Assembly: GCA_963791045.1 (NCBI GenBank)
Contig: CAWBQK010000001.1
Span: 96,001 to 160,000 of the forward strand
Length of the DNA: 64,000 nucleotides
DNA from: Candidatus Latescibacterota bacterium
GTDB lineage: Bacteria; Krumholzibacteriota; Krumholzibacteriia; WVZY01
Reading direction: 5' to 3'
The notes under the pieces are model-generated. The model saw only the letters and a program-made list of their open reading frames with translations. It did not search any database and had not been told where the DNA came from. Position numbers and translations under genes: made by a program. Shown in pieces: positions 9,507-19,132 of this stretch. Within the stretch, counting starts at the first letter, position 1. Every line of letters starts with the position of its first letter.

Positions 9507-10655
9507 CTATGGGTTCATGAGGTCCCTGACACGCCGCCAGAACGATGACGCGATGACATCCCAGTCGTTGCCTTCGGCGATTTGCCGGGCCTCCCCTGCG
9601 AGGGCGGCCGCCCGATCGGGGTCGGACTGGCGGGCGAGAAACTGTTCGCAGGCGTTCACGAATTCCTCCCCGGGCTCCACTGCTTTCACCAGATCCGGGT
9701 ATTTCTCAACTTCGGTCGAAAAGCGGGTAGCCACTACGGGAAGGCCGCAGGCGAGGTATTCGTACATCTTGTTGGGGTTGACCCCCCGTGTCAGCTCATT
9801 GTACTTGAACGGAATCAGCCCCATGCGGAACTGCCGGAGGATACCGGGCAGGCGATCATACGAGACCGCGGGGAGATGAAATACGTTGGGATGCGAGGTT
9901 AGCTCCATCACCTGGGCTTCAACGCCCAGCAGAATCGGTCCTACAAGAACGATTTCCCAATCCGGCCGGCGTTCGGCCAGGTCGGCAAGGGCATCAAAAT
10001 CGAGCCACGGCGCCAACGCGCCGATGTAACCGATCTTGGGTTTGTCGGTTTCCACTGCGGAAGCGGCCGCCTCGTCTTTTTTCTGGAAATGCTCGTAATC
10101 CACTCCGTTGCCGAGGTATTCGCACCCGTCGCCGCCTCCCCGCACTTCGACTATCTTCTCAAGTAGCGCGTCCGCCGAGGCGAAAACAGCGTCGGCATCC
10201 CGAGATGTTTTGAAAAAATAACCCTTGGTCCACGAGCGCATCCCGGGGAACGAAGAGTGATCGTCGTTGCAGTCGTAGAGGAGAAAGCGCCTCGGCAACC
10301 GCGACACGATATTCGCCGCGTAGATGTTCGAGATGACGAAACCGGTGTCGGAGGAGTCAAACCCGAGCTGTTTGAATATCCCCTGGATCCTGCGCCGGGC
10401 GACCTGGTCGACGACCCAACGGGCCGACTGCCTGTCGAGAACCGTCCGCCAGGGGAAAAAAGGGGCGGATTTGAGAAAGGGAATGGTTGCGCACGAAATA
10501 TCGCCTTCCGTCCGCAGGCGGTAGCTGTTGCGGCCCGCCCGGACGTAAGGCTCGAGGAAGAGAAGCTCGACGTCAGCCGGTTTTCGGCTGATGATTTGCT
10601 GCTTTCTCGTCTTGAGATAATTCCATTTGATTTCGGAGAACCAGACGACCTTCAT
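9507..10655 (-). CDS. Glycosyltransferase, GT4-like (TuaH/WbnK-like)
   Basis: YDCNDDH, LGNGVD..HF, IGYIGAL, GLIPF, NPNKMYEYLACGLPVVAT. Start placed at MKVVWFSEI (AAGAGG upstream); the longer track ORF overlaps the divergent gene. Confidence 0.88.
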   Translation of the reverse strand: MKVVWFSEIKWNYLKTRKQQIISRKPADVELLFLEPYVRAGRNSYRLRTEGDISCATIPFLKSAPFFPWRTVLDRQSARWVVDQVARRRIQGIFKQLGFDSSDTGFVISNIYAANIVSRLPRRFLLYDCNDDHSSFPGMRSWTKGYFFKTSRDADAVFASADALLEKIVEVRGGGDGCEYLGNGVDYEHFQKKDEAAASAVETDKPKIGYIGALAPWLDFDALADLAERRPDWEIVLVGPILLGVEAQVMELTSHPNVFHLPAVSYDRLPGILRQFRMGLIPFKYNELTRGVNPNKMYEYLACGLPVVATRFSTEVEKYPDLVKAVEPGEEFVNACEQFLARQSDPDRAAALAGEARQIAEGNDWDVIASSFWRRVRDLMNP

Positions 10656-10799
10656 CATACCTCTTTTCGTACTCAGAGGTAATTTAGCACGGCGACCCAA
10701 CCCGCCCAAGTGTTTTGTAGAAAGCCACCCGCCACTGCGGTATAGTCGGGTCAATAGCAGGCGCGGGTCCTGACCGACGGGCCGTAGAAAACAAGACTT

Positions 10800-11879
10800 A
10801 TGATCAAGATTGCATACATCATAGACAGCCTCGGGTTCGGCGGAGCGGAGAGACAGTTGAGCCTGCTCGTCAGGGCTCTTCCCGATCCGTTCTCCGCGGT
10901 CGTCATCTCGCTCTCCGACGACATCCACCCCTTCGGCGACGAGCTTCGCGCGGACGGCATCGATGTCGTCACGCTTCCAAGACACTCCGGTATCGATGTC
11001 GTGAGGTTGAGCGGGGCTATCGGTGCGCTGCGGGAACACCGCGTGGACCTCGTCCATGGCTTTCTCGATGCGGCGAACGCATACGCCTTTGCCGCGGGCC
11101 GTTTTCTACGAAAACCGGTCGTCCTCTCGCTTAGAAACGAACTCCTCCGTGTCCGGGGGGCAAGAGCCGGTGTGCTGACATGGATGCTCCGGCATGCCGA
11201 GCAGGTGCTCGTCAATTCAAGGGCCGGCGCCGACCATCTTCAAAACGATATCGGAGTCGACTCACAAAAAGTCCTTCACATTCCCAACTGGATCGACCCA
11301 GGAAGAATCGGCCGCGTCCGCGACATACCGCCGGCGGGCACGCCGCCGACCATCGGCTTTGTCGGAAGATTCGCAAAACAAAAACGGCTTGATATCCTTC
11401 TCGATTCCTTCGCGCGGGTTCTCGACACCGTTGGCGATGCACGACTGATACTCATGGGTGGCGGGAGTGAAAAGGACATGGTGACGACGCGAATTCGCGA
11501 TCTTGGAATCGGCGAGAACGTGGAGATCATTGAACCCAATTCCGACATCGACGCCACACTCCGCCGGCTCCACATCTTTGCCATGACATCTGATTTCGAA
11601 GGTTTGCCGAATTCGGCGATGGAAGCGCTGTCGATGGGAATTCCAATTGTGTCGACACCCGTGGGCGACGTCCGCGAACTTGTCGTCGAAGGAGAGACAG
11701 GAGTGTTTCTCGACCCTGTCGATCCCGAATCCGTCTCCGCAACACTCGTCCGCGCGTTGTCCGACAAGAGACTCCTCGAGAGATCTTTAACCGCGGGGCC
11801 GCAACTGGTCGAGAAAAAGTTTTCCCTCGACGGGGCGATCGAGAAACTCACCACCGCATACCGCGAAATTCTCGGTTAA
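10800..11879 (+). CDS. Glycosyltransferase family 4
   Basis: IIDSLGFGGAERQL, IGFVGRF..QK, TSDFEGLPNSAMEALSMGIPIVSTPVG. Confidence 0.92.
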   Translation: MIKIAYIIDSLGFGGAERQLSLLVRALPDPFSAVVISLSDDIHPFGDELRADGIDVVTLPRHSGIDVVRLSGAIGALREHRVDLVHGFLDAANAYAFAAGRFLRKPVVLSLRNELLRVRGARAGVLTWMLRHAEQVLVNSRAGADHLQNDIGVDSQKVLHIPNWIDPGRIGRVRDIPPAGTPPTIGFVGRFAKQKRLDILLDSFARVLDTVGDARLILMGGGSEKDMVTTRIRDLGIGENVEIIEPNSDIDATLRRLHIFAMTSDFEGLPNSAMEALSMGIPIVSTPVGDVRELVVEGETGVFLDPVDPESVSATLVRALSDKRLLERSLTAGPQLVEKKFSLDGAIEKLTTAYREILG

Positions 11880-11909
11880 CCGACCCACCACCACGGACAA
11901 GCATAGAAA

Positions 11910-11940
11910 CAGGAAAGGGCGCCCGAGGCGCCCTTTCCTG
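11910..11940. terminator. Hairpin between convergent genes, probable bidirectional terminator
   Basis: Perfect 14-bp inverted repeat CAGGAAAGGGCGCC-cga-GGCGCCCTTTCCTG. Confidence 0.75.
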
Positions 11941-11988
11941 CTTTGGAGACGAGCAGTTGTCCATCCGCTCTACTTCTGCAACCGGCAA

Positions 11989-13044
11989 CTAGGAGGATTT
12001 TTTCAGCTTCTTCATTTCTTTCCTGAGCTCTTCCATTTCTTTCTGGAGCTCTTTTACCTCTTCCCTCATCTCGTCCATATCGTCATCCGAGAACTTAAAC
12101 TTATCGATATGCGGGATGCGGATGTCGGCGTGCTTGCCGTGGCCCCTGAGGTAGATTTCCCTCATGCCCTCGTCGAGCTCGCCCTCGAGCTTGACTTGTT
12201 TGTTTCTTCTCAGGACGGTCACACCAAATTTTTCACCGGGTTCGAGATCGCCGACCGACTCGAGGAGGCTCTCAACCGAGCCGACCTTGTCGTCTTCCAC
12301 CTCGACGATGACGTCGCCCGATTTCATTCCCATCTCACCGGCAACGGATTCGTCACCCACTTCGAGAACAAGCACTCCCCCACCCTCTTCAACATCGAAG
12401 TAAGGGCCGAGATCCTCGTTGAGGTCCATCACACGGACGCCAAGCCGTCCGCGGTTGAATCCGTCGAATGCGGACACCATCCAGTTCTTGCCCTTGTCGA
12501 ACCAAACCTGGTGTTCCGGGGCGTGGATTTCTATTCTGCGCGCCGCGTGCTGTTCTGGCCACTCCGCGAGTGTCACGTCGATAGTTTTGATTTTGTCATC
12601 ACGAACGATCTTGACCTTGACGGTATCGCCGATTTTCTGGTTCGCGACATAACGTTTCAATTCGTCGGGTGAGGCGACTTTCTTGCCGTTGAATTCGACG
12701 ATCACATCGCCGTCCTCAATCCCAGCAAGCTCGGCGGGGCTGTCCTCGAAAACCGAGTTGATGAGCACACCGCTCTTGATTTTGAGATCGAGTCCCTCAC
12801 GGAGATCGGAATCGAGCTCCTGCATGGTGACCCCCAGATACGCGGTATCCGCTTTATCGTCCGAATCAACGACATAGGCCTTCGACACCGTTTTGGTCTG
12901 CTTTCCCGCGTCGGCGGCGCCGACTGTTAGAAAGGCAAAGAGAATCAGTCCCAACCCCACAATCGCCGCAACCCGCCACCCGGGAACCGTTTTCGCACGT
13001 GCTATAGCATAATTTCTCATGGCGTTCGGGCCTCTCGGACCCAT
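11989..13044 (-). CDS. Exported tandem-PDZ protein without protease domain
   Basis: Signal peptide, two PDZ domains (AYLGVTM..SPAELAGIEDGDVIVEFNG; GRLGVRV..GMKSGDVIVEV) and a C-terminal coiled coil. Start is 13044 or 13020. Confidence 0.85.
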   Translation of the reverse strand: MGPRGPNAMRNYAIARAKTVPGWRVAAIVGLGLILFAFLTVGAADAGKQTKTVSKAYVVDSDDKADTAYLGVTMQELDSDLREGLDLKIKSGVLINSVFEDSPAELAGIEDGDVIVEFNGKKVASPDELKRYVANQKIGDTVKVKIVRDDKIKTIDVTLAEWPEQHAARRIEIHAPEHQVWFDKGKNWMVSAFDGFNRGRLGVRVMDLNEDLGPYFDVEEGGGVLVLEVGDESVAGEMGMKSGDVIVEVEDDKVGSVESLLESVGDLEPGEKFGVTVLRRNKQVKLEGELDEGMREIYLRGHGKHADIRIPHIDKFKFSDDDMDEMREEVKELQKEMEELRKEMKKLKKSS

Positions 13045-13093
13045 CCCTCCTTATCAGGCTGGCAAACTCCTGCAACTGGCTGTCGTCTAGTTT

Positions 13094-13119
13094 TACGCCG
13101 GGTGTACGGGTAAGTTTCC
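13094..13119 (-). promoter_or_regulatory. Putative ECF sigma (SigW-like) promoter
   Basis: GGAAAC-N16-CGTA on the minus strand directly upstream of the PDZ gene. Confidence 0.55.
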
Positions 13120-13126
13120 GATTATT

Positions 13127-14515
13127 TTATGCGGATGGGTCGGGGCGCGTAAACCGGGGGTCGGTGGCCAGCCTGCCGACGATAATCCCGCAGACCACGG
13201 GGAGCCAGAAAAGCCGGTAAAACTGGATCATCTGGAAGAAAGCCCCGATGAGGACGGCGACGAGCGAGAGGAGCAGGTAAAACGAGAGATCGTTCATCCA
13301 GCGGTTCTCGGGCGACCAGCGGGCACGGATTCCCCTGAGAAATCCCCGAAACCCCGCCGCGGGCATCGTCAGGTAGGCGATAAAACCGAACACCCCGACA
13401 CCGGTGACGATTTCGAGATAGGTGTTGTGCGCCCCCATCCGGACGATCAGTTCGTTGGCCGACCGGACAATGAAGTTGTTCAGCCCCACACCGGTGAACG
13501 GATGATCGAGGAACATGTGCCACCCCACCTGGAGCGCCTTGAAACGCATTGCGAGCGACCAGTCTATTTCGACCGCGGAGAAGACCTTGCTGATGGTCGA
13601 GATACGGTACCAGTAGTACTGAGGAGTCAGGAGGGCTCCGATGAACACCACGGCGAGGACCACCGTATAAACCCACCGGCTCCTCGCTTCCTTGAATAGC
13701 GTCGCGAGCAGCACCACGGCGAGGGGGAAAACAGCCTGCCTCGAAAACGTCATGATCGTCGCGACGACCATGCTGATCGCCGCCGCGACCAGCAGCAGCT
13801 TGAACGTCACGGGTTTGACTTTTTTGATCACGTAGATCGCCAGCGGCAGACCGGCGATCAGGTAGAGAGCCGCGTTGTTGGGGTTGATGTGGGTCGAACC
13901 GAACCGGAGCCAATTGAGGGCCGAGACGAGCACGGTCCAGTCCTCAACGATTCCGAGCTTCACATTGACCACACCGAGAATCACCGTGGAGAACGTGCCG
14001 GCAAACACGATGATGGCGAGGGTCTCGAGATCCTTGGGTTTTCGAATCAGCTGGGCGGTGAGAAACACCAGAAGCATAGACTTAACATAAAAATTGAGTC
14101 CGGACAGCGCGTGACTCATATCGTACGCGAACAGAAACGACTGAAAGACAAACACCGTAAAGATCGCCATCGCCCAGTTGAACATCGGATCTCTCAACTG
14201 AATCGAATCGCCCTGGAACAGACGCAGAAACACCGCCGCGGCGATCAAAAACATGATCGGCGCCGGCACCGGGACACTCGTATAGTACGAAAGACCGGCG
14301 AACACAAAGTAGACGCCGAAATACAACCCGTGTTTTGGATAGGAAAAAATAAGAAGCGCGCCGACAAGCCCCACAACGCCGATCATCCCGAGCTTAATCA
14401 GACCCATTGGCACGACAAGCCATACGCCAAACCCGAGCAAGAACACGCCCGCGGTGACGAACGTGAGATAAAGAAAATCTCTTTGAGAAATCCCGGGATC
14501 GCGCACGACATTCAT
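13127..14515 (-). CDS. O-antigen ligase/polymerase (Wzy/WaaL) family protein
   Basis: Polytopic membrane protein; NPNNAA, TFSRQA, R....W.MFLDHPFTGVGLNNF, AHNTYLEI; downstream of wzz. Confidence 0.88.
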   Translation of the reverse strand: MNVVRDPGISQRDFLYLTFVTAGVFLLGFGVWLVVPMGLIKLGMIGVVGLVGALLIFSYPKHGLYFGVYFVFAGLSYYTSVPVPAPIMFLIAAAVFLRLFQGDSIQLRDPMFNWAMAIFTVFVFQSFLFAYDMSHALSGLNFYVKSMLLVFLTAQLIRKPKDLETLAIIVFAGTFSTVILGVVNVKLGIVEDWTVLVSALNWLRFGSTHINPNNAALYLIAGLPLAIYVIKKVKPVTFKLLLVAAAISMVVATIMTFSRQAVFPLAVVLLATLFKEARSRWVYTVVLAVVFIGALLTPQYYWYRISTISKVFSAVEIDWSLAMRFKALQVGWHMFLDHPFTGVGLNNFIVRSANELIVRMGAHNTYLEIVTGVGVFGFIAYLTMPAAGFRGFLRGIRARWSPENRWMNDLSFYLLLSLVAVLIGAFFQMIQFYRLFWLPVVCGIIVGRLATDPRFTRPDPSA

Positions 14516-14517
14516 TG

Positions 14518-15708
14518 TCAGGATTTCTTTCCGAACGGAAAGACCTTTTTAAAATCCGAAGCGATGGGCCCGAGCAACTCCGCTATCTTGCTCGAGCGTG
14601 TCCGGTCTTCGCGCCAGAGCGCGAGGAACACAACGAGAAGCGTGCTCCATCCCAACCCGACGATTCCGCCAAAAATGACGAGAATCTTGCGCTTGGGCCG
14701 GCTTCTGAGTTCGGGGACGGCAGCATGATCGAGGACCTGGACCACCCTTGTATCCCTGGCCTCTTCGATTCGCGCCTTCTCGTACTCTTCCACGAGCAGC
14801 CGGTAAACGAATTCTTCGGTTTTGACACGGCGCATGAGCCTCGCCATTTCGAGGCCCAGTTCCGGAATCGAATCGAACGTGGGAAAGTACGATCGCACGA
14901 AGTCGGTCTCGGCGCGTGATGAGTCCGCTTTGAACATTTTTAGCTGGCGCAGAACTTCGTCGTATTCCTTCTTCTTGCGGACGTATTCCTGGGATGACGT
15001 CGATGTGTACTGGCTTAGAATCTCGAGTTCCATTTCCGCCGCAACAGCTTCGGCGGTCAGGCTCGCCACGATGTCGATCGCCGCGGTGACCTGCTCGTCG
15101 AGCTTGAGCGCCTGGTTTTCCTGCTGGAATTGTTTTAATTCCTCTTCAGCGGCCGCAAGTTCCACGGCATGAATCTCGAGTTGCCTGCCCACAAATTCTT
15201 TTGTCGACGCCGCCCTCGTCACGTTGATGTCACGTGTGAAATCCTCGAGGAGCTCAACATAACGATTGGCCATTGCCGCCGCCCGTTCGGGGTCGCGGTC
15301 TTCAACACCCAGTTTCAACAAACCGTTTTCGAGCAGCGAGAAAAACGTATGAGATTGGAGCGCGCCGATCGCGTCGACGTTGAGTTCGGTGTCATAGAGA
15401 CGCTTGAGGTCAAATTCTTCGATGATCTTGTTGCTCACCTGTTCACTGAGCAATATGTCGATGTATATGGTATTGGGCCGCGCACCGACCGCGCTCGGCG
15501 TCGGGAGCGGTATCTGCAGGCTCTGCTGCAAAAGCTGGGCATAACCCGACATCATTCCGCCACCGGCATCCGGGGGAAATATCGATGTCGTGGCCGTGTA
15601 CCACGAAGGGAGAAAGAAGCTGACAGCTATCGCCAGGACGGCGGTTATAACTCCAGACGCCAGGATAAATTTCCGCGAGTGGATTATCGTCTTGAGGATA
15701 AACAACAT
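14518..15708 (-). CDS. Polysaccharide chain-length determinant (Wzz/GumC family)
   Basis: Two terminal TM helices, P.WYTATTSIFPP, long coiled coil, VQVLDHAAVPELRSRPKR. Confidence 0.9.
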   Translation of the reverse strand: MLFILKTIIHSRKFILASGVITAVLAIAVSFFLPSWYTATTSIFPPDAGGGMMSGYAQLLQQSLQIPLPTPSAVGARPNTIYIDILLSEQVSNKIIEEFDLKRLYDTELNVDAIGALQSHTFFSLLENGLLKLGVEDRDPERAAAMANRYVELLEDFTRDINVTRAASTKEFVGRQLEIHAVELAAAEEELKQFQQENQALKLDEQVTAAIDIVASLTAEAVAAEMELEILSQYTSTSSQEYVRKKKEYDEVLRQLKMFKADSSRAETDFVRSYFPTFDSIPELGLEMARLMRRVKTEEFVYRLLVEEYEKARIEEARDTRVVQVLDHAAVPELRSRPKRKILVIFGGIVGLGWSTLLVVFLALWREDRTRSSKIAELLGPIASDFKKVFPFGKKS

Positions 15709-15727
15709 CTCTTAACTCTTTACTCTG

Positions 15728-16999
15728 TTAGTTTTTGGCGACCTTTTCAATCAATTCCACGGGATCAAGTTCTTCAGGCTGCGGCGATCTGTTTTCTTTC
15801 GCGACCAGAGGCTCTATCGAGGTCACCACGTTGTTCCCCGAAGACCCCACCGGCGCGAATCGTGCGCTTTCCGCTTTCTCCCAGACCGTCTGCCGCGCGC
15901 CTGTGAAGAATTTGGCCATCGCAACCACTGCAGCCAGATTTACCATAGTGAAATAGAAAGGCAAATAGAAAAGAGGATGCGGCTTGCGTGTCTTCCTCAT
16001 CCGCCACCCGTTCAACGCCGCCAGGTAGATGAAAAGCTGTCCGGTGAACGCCACCGTGTAGAACGCAGAATCCCGCATCAGTATGACATTCGCGAGAAAC
16101 GTCAGAAACAGCATGGGCCCGATCGCCCATCTCATGAGCTTGTGCGAGAAGAATTGGAATCTTCGGAAGCCGCGAATTTTGCTTCGAAGTATCGAGTATC
16201 CCGTCAGTCCGCGAACGATGATCCGGACCTTGCGCTGAAACTCCTCCTGCCAGAAGATCGTCGAACTTTCGAACGCCATCGCTTCCGGTTCGTAGACGAC
16301 GCCGTAACCCTGCGACCCGATCTCCATGGGAATTTGAAAATCATTGGCAACTTCGGCAAAAAGCTTGGGAAAAAGATCGCGGCGGATGGCGAAGATCGAA
16401 CCGTTGGCGACAAGGACGCTCCCGAGCGAACTCTCGAGCATACTGAGCATTCCCTCGTACCGCCAGTAGAGCCCTTCTCCCCTGGCCACCGACGTCGTGC
16501 GACGGTCGACATACCTGAGCTTGCCCACCACGCAGCCTATCTTCGGGTCATTAAAACGCCGGGCGAGTTTTTTGAGGGCATCATCGGCGAACATCGCGTT
16601 GGCATCGGTGAAAACCACGATGTCCTCGTCAAGCGTCTTGACGACGTGATTTAGGACGTCGCTCTTACCCGATCTCGACGATCGGTGAAAAAGTTTGACG
16701 CCAAGATCTTCATAATCCTCGGCAATCGCCACCGTCCGGTCGTCCGAACCGTCAGAGGCGACAAGAATCGTCAGTTTGTCTTTTGGATAATCGAGACTGA
16801 GGCTGTTTTCGATTTTCTTGCGAATTATTTTTTCTTCATTGAATGCGGATATAAGAAGACACACCGATGGACAGTAGTTGTCATCGATTGCGTGGCGCCC
16901 GCGCCTGCTCAGCTTGGAGATGATAAAGAGGACGATGGGATAGCCGACGTATGAGAAAAGCACGACGGCCAGGCTAGACCAAAATACGAACTGCCACAT
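15728..16999 (-). CDS. Glycosyltransferase family 2 (CESA-like/IcaA-like)
   Basis: ISAFNEE, SDGSDD, VFTDAN, ANGSIFAIRR, EEFQRKVRI, SHKLMRW, C-terminal TM helices. Start placed at ATG 16999 from GGAG spacing. Confidence 0.92.
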   Translation of the reverse strand: MWQFVFWSSLAVVLFSYVGYPIVLFIISKLSRRGRHAIDDNYCPSVCLLISAFNEEKIIRKKIENSLSLDYPKDKLTILVASDGSDDRTVAIAEDYEDLGVKLFHRSSRSGKSDVLNHVVKTLDEDIVVFTDANAMFADDALKKLARRFNDPKIGCVVGKLRYVDRRTTSVARGEGLYWRYEGMLSMLESSLGSVLVANGSIFAIRRDLFPKLFAEVANDFQIPMEIGSQGYGVVYEPEAMAFESSTIFWQEEFQRKVRIIVRGLTGYSILRSKIRGFRRFQFFSHKLMRWAIGPMLFLTFLANVILMRDSAFYTVAFTGQLFIYLAALNGWRMRKTRKPHPLFYLPFYFTMVNLAAVVAMAKFFTGARQTVWEKAESARFAPVGSSGNNVVTSIEPLVAKENRSPQPEELDPVELIEKVAKN

Positions 17000-17097
17000 C
17001 AACATACTCCCGGTCAACACCGGTTGACCCTTGAGGTTGAATCACGTTAAAACGCGCCAATATGCACCGCACAACCTGTCTAACGTTCTCTAGCAGT

Positions 17098-17170
17098 TCG
17101 GTTCAGGCGTTCCGAAGATCCTAGCCCCACGGAGCCGGATTCTTCGAACGGTACCTCCTTGGCCTCTGAG
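17098..17170 (-). promoter_or_regulatory. Candidate cis-regulatory RNA motif, copy A (leader of GT2-wzz-wzy)
   Basis: CTCAGAGGCC-aagg-AGGTAC, a long hairpin, then CCTGAACCGA; the same blocks recur upstream of nadE. Confidence 0.35.
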
Positions 17171-17265
17171 TATGTTTCTACGCGAGTGGTTCTGCGCGGG
17201 CACTTTCTCTGGAGCGCTTCCGCGCGAGCCCGTAATTCACGGGCACTTATAGAAGATAACCGCGT

Positions 17266-19128
17266 TTACCAAAGATTTTCCAGTAAAATCCTGGATAATC
17301 CGTCTTTTTGAAAACCTACCCAAAGATGACCCTTGTTGTCCACAAGAATGGAGGTCACGTCCTTGCCCCGAAGACCGTCCCGAGGTCCGATCCATCTGGA
17401 CTCGCCGTCAGACAACAGCACAAGCCCTTGTGATGTGCCAAGATACGACTTTCCAAGCTCTCGGTCGAAACGGATTGTGCGATAGCTTCCAACTTGCTTA
17501 ATATCGGGGGTCTGGAGGACTCCCCAGCCGGTCTTGTCATCAAAAACCTTTATGCTGTCGGCAGTTACGACGACAACGCCGCCAGACGAATCCAATGTCC
17601 AATCGACGATTTCTGCCGAATCCTCGGCCGTGTCAAAGAGCGAGATATCAAACCGCTCCCAGTTCGACCCGTCGAATTTGAACACTCCCGTCGATGTCGA
17701 GACGGCCCAGGGCCGTCTAACTCCATCGACAATCAGCCCGTCTATCGGCCGATCCGTCAGTTCGCCCTTGTCGGCAAAGCGGATCCAGGTCTGACCATCG
17801 TACCGGTAAATCTCTCCAGCGTGCGTACCAACCCAGAGATTACCGGTCGAATCAAAGGCCATTGAAACAAAGAGCGGCGATCTGGGATCGATATCGGGTT
17901 TGATTTCGGTCCAGACATCCTGATCTTTGCGCCAGAGCCCCCACCGGCTGTTTGCCCACACAACCCCACCCGGTGACATCTGGATAGCAAAAAGTGAACC
18001 GAAGTCTTTTTCGATGGATATCGCAGACGCATCTTCATGTAATGAAATCAGTTGCGGGCCATTTGCCGCATAAATTCGCCCCCCAGAATCCCCCACCATA
18101 GACCCAATGTGGCCGCTGGGAAGCATCGAGGGGACAGAAATCTTCCGAATCTTTTCACCCTCAACGACGGCGATCATACCGTCGGCCGTTCCAAAATATG
18201 CGCTGCCGCTCCTCCCGATGTGCGCGGCCCGCCACCGGCCCTTATCGATTTCGGGATCACCCTCGCCGTACCTCGTCCACTCGCCGTCGGAATATTTGGC
18301 GATCCGGCCGTGCCGCCCCGCGGCCCATACGGCGCCGTCCGCCGTCACCGCCATGGCCGCGATGTCGTTCTCCGCAAAGAGACCCGCGCTCGAAAGCCTT
18401 CTCGCCCTGCGCCCATCAAAACGGTAGACGCCACGTCCGGCGACCAGCACATACATGTCGGGGATAAACCCGCCCCCCACCCGCACGCGCTTGTCGACAA
18501 GTATCAGATCGCGGACTTCGCCGCGCGGGAGTCCGGCGCCCGCCTGGAAACTCGTCCACAATGTGTCACGGAACGCGCAGAGTCCGAGTGACGTGGCGTA
18601 AAAGATCGTGTGCGTGTCGACAACGGAGACTGCGAACACTTTGTCGTCGAGAAGGGAGTCGACAGTCGTCAACCAGTGGGTGCGGCGCCCCTTGACTTCG
18701 GCAACACCATGACCGCAGGTCGACACATACATCGTCTCGGTCGGACCAAATTCGACATGGCGGACGTCCGAAAAACTCCCCCGTGGTTGAGCGGTCAGTT
18801 CCCCACCGCCCGACGCGCGGGCGAGCACCAGCCCGTCGTCGGTCCCAATGTACACACCGCCGGATCGACGGCGTAGCATTCGCACTGAGTTGCCGGGAAG
18901 CACTTCGCCGGTAACAATCTTCGCCGAGATCTCGCCGGTCACGGCATCGAGAATGAGAAGGCCCCCGTTGGTGCCGACCCACAACTCATCGCCATATTCG
19001 ACGAGCGCGCGGATATCCGCATTGTTGTCGAGGTACGTCCACTGAGCGGTGGCAATCGTTGGAAGCAGCGACAGAGCGATCCCAATCAACACGAGGGCGG
19101 CGAAGTTATTTGCAGGCGTCTTTGTCAT
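17266..19128 (-). CDS. Exported tandem beta-propeller protein (two-component-regulator propeller / PorZ-like)
   Basis: Signal peptide (..ATAQW), repeated D..G.LW.GT blades (LWVGTNGGL, DSTGNLWVGT, DNKGHLWVG), no kinase domain. Confidence 0.75.
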   Translation of the reverse strand: MTKTPANNFAALVLIGIALSLLPTIATAQWTYLDNNADIRALVEYGDELWVGTNGGLLILDAVTGEISAKIVTGEVLPGNSVRMLRRRSGGVYIGTDDGLVLARASGGGELTAQPRGSFSDVRHVEFGPTETMYVSTCGHGVAEVKGRRTHWLTTVDSLLDDKVFAVSVVDTHTIFYATSLGLCAFRDTLWTSFQAGAGLPRGEVRDLILVDKRVRVGGGFIPDMYVLVAGRGVYRFDGRRARRLSSAGLFAENDIAAMAVTADGAVWAAGRHGRIAKYSDGEWTRYGEGDPEIDKGRWRAAHIGRSGSAYFGTADGMIAVVEGEKIRKISVPSMLPSGHIGSMVGDSGGRIYAANGPQLISLHEDASAISIEKDFGSLFAIQMSPGGVVWANSRWGLWRKDQDVWTEIKPDIDPRSPLFVSMAFDSTGNLWVGTHAGEIYRYDGQTWIRFADKGELTDRPIDGLIVDGVRRPWAVSTSTGVFKFDGSNWERFDISLFDTAEDSAEIVDWTLDSSGGVVVVTADSIKVFDDKTGWGVLQTPDIKQVGSYRTIRFDRELGKSYLGTSQGLVLLSDGESRWIGPRDGLRGKDVTSILVDNKGHLWVGFQKDGLSRILLENLW

Positions 19129-19132
19129 AAGA

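Noticed and set aside
10670-10679. TACTCAGAGG, a third partial match to the shared leader motif
   Set aside because: Only 10 nt, without the GCC-N4-AGGT and CCTGAACCGA blocks; could be chance.
10656-11057. N-terminal extension of the 516-aa track ORF
   Set aside because: It overlaps the divergent GT4 gene; a good SD and a GT-like start occur at 10655.
17195-17250. Possible c-di-GMP-II riboswitch (GGGCACTT occurs twice)
   Set aside because: The partner GTGCAACCG is missing and the orientation is opposite to the downstream gene.
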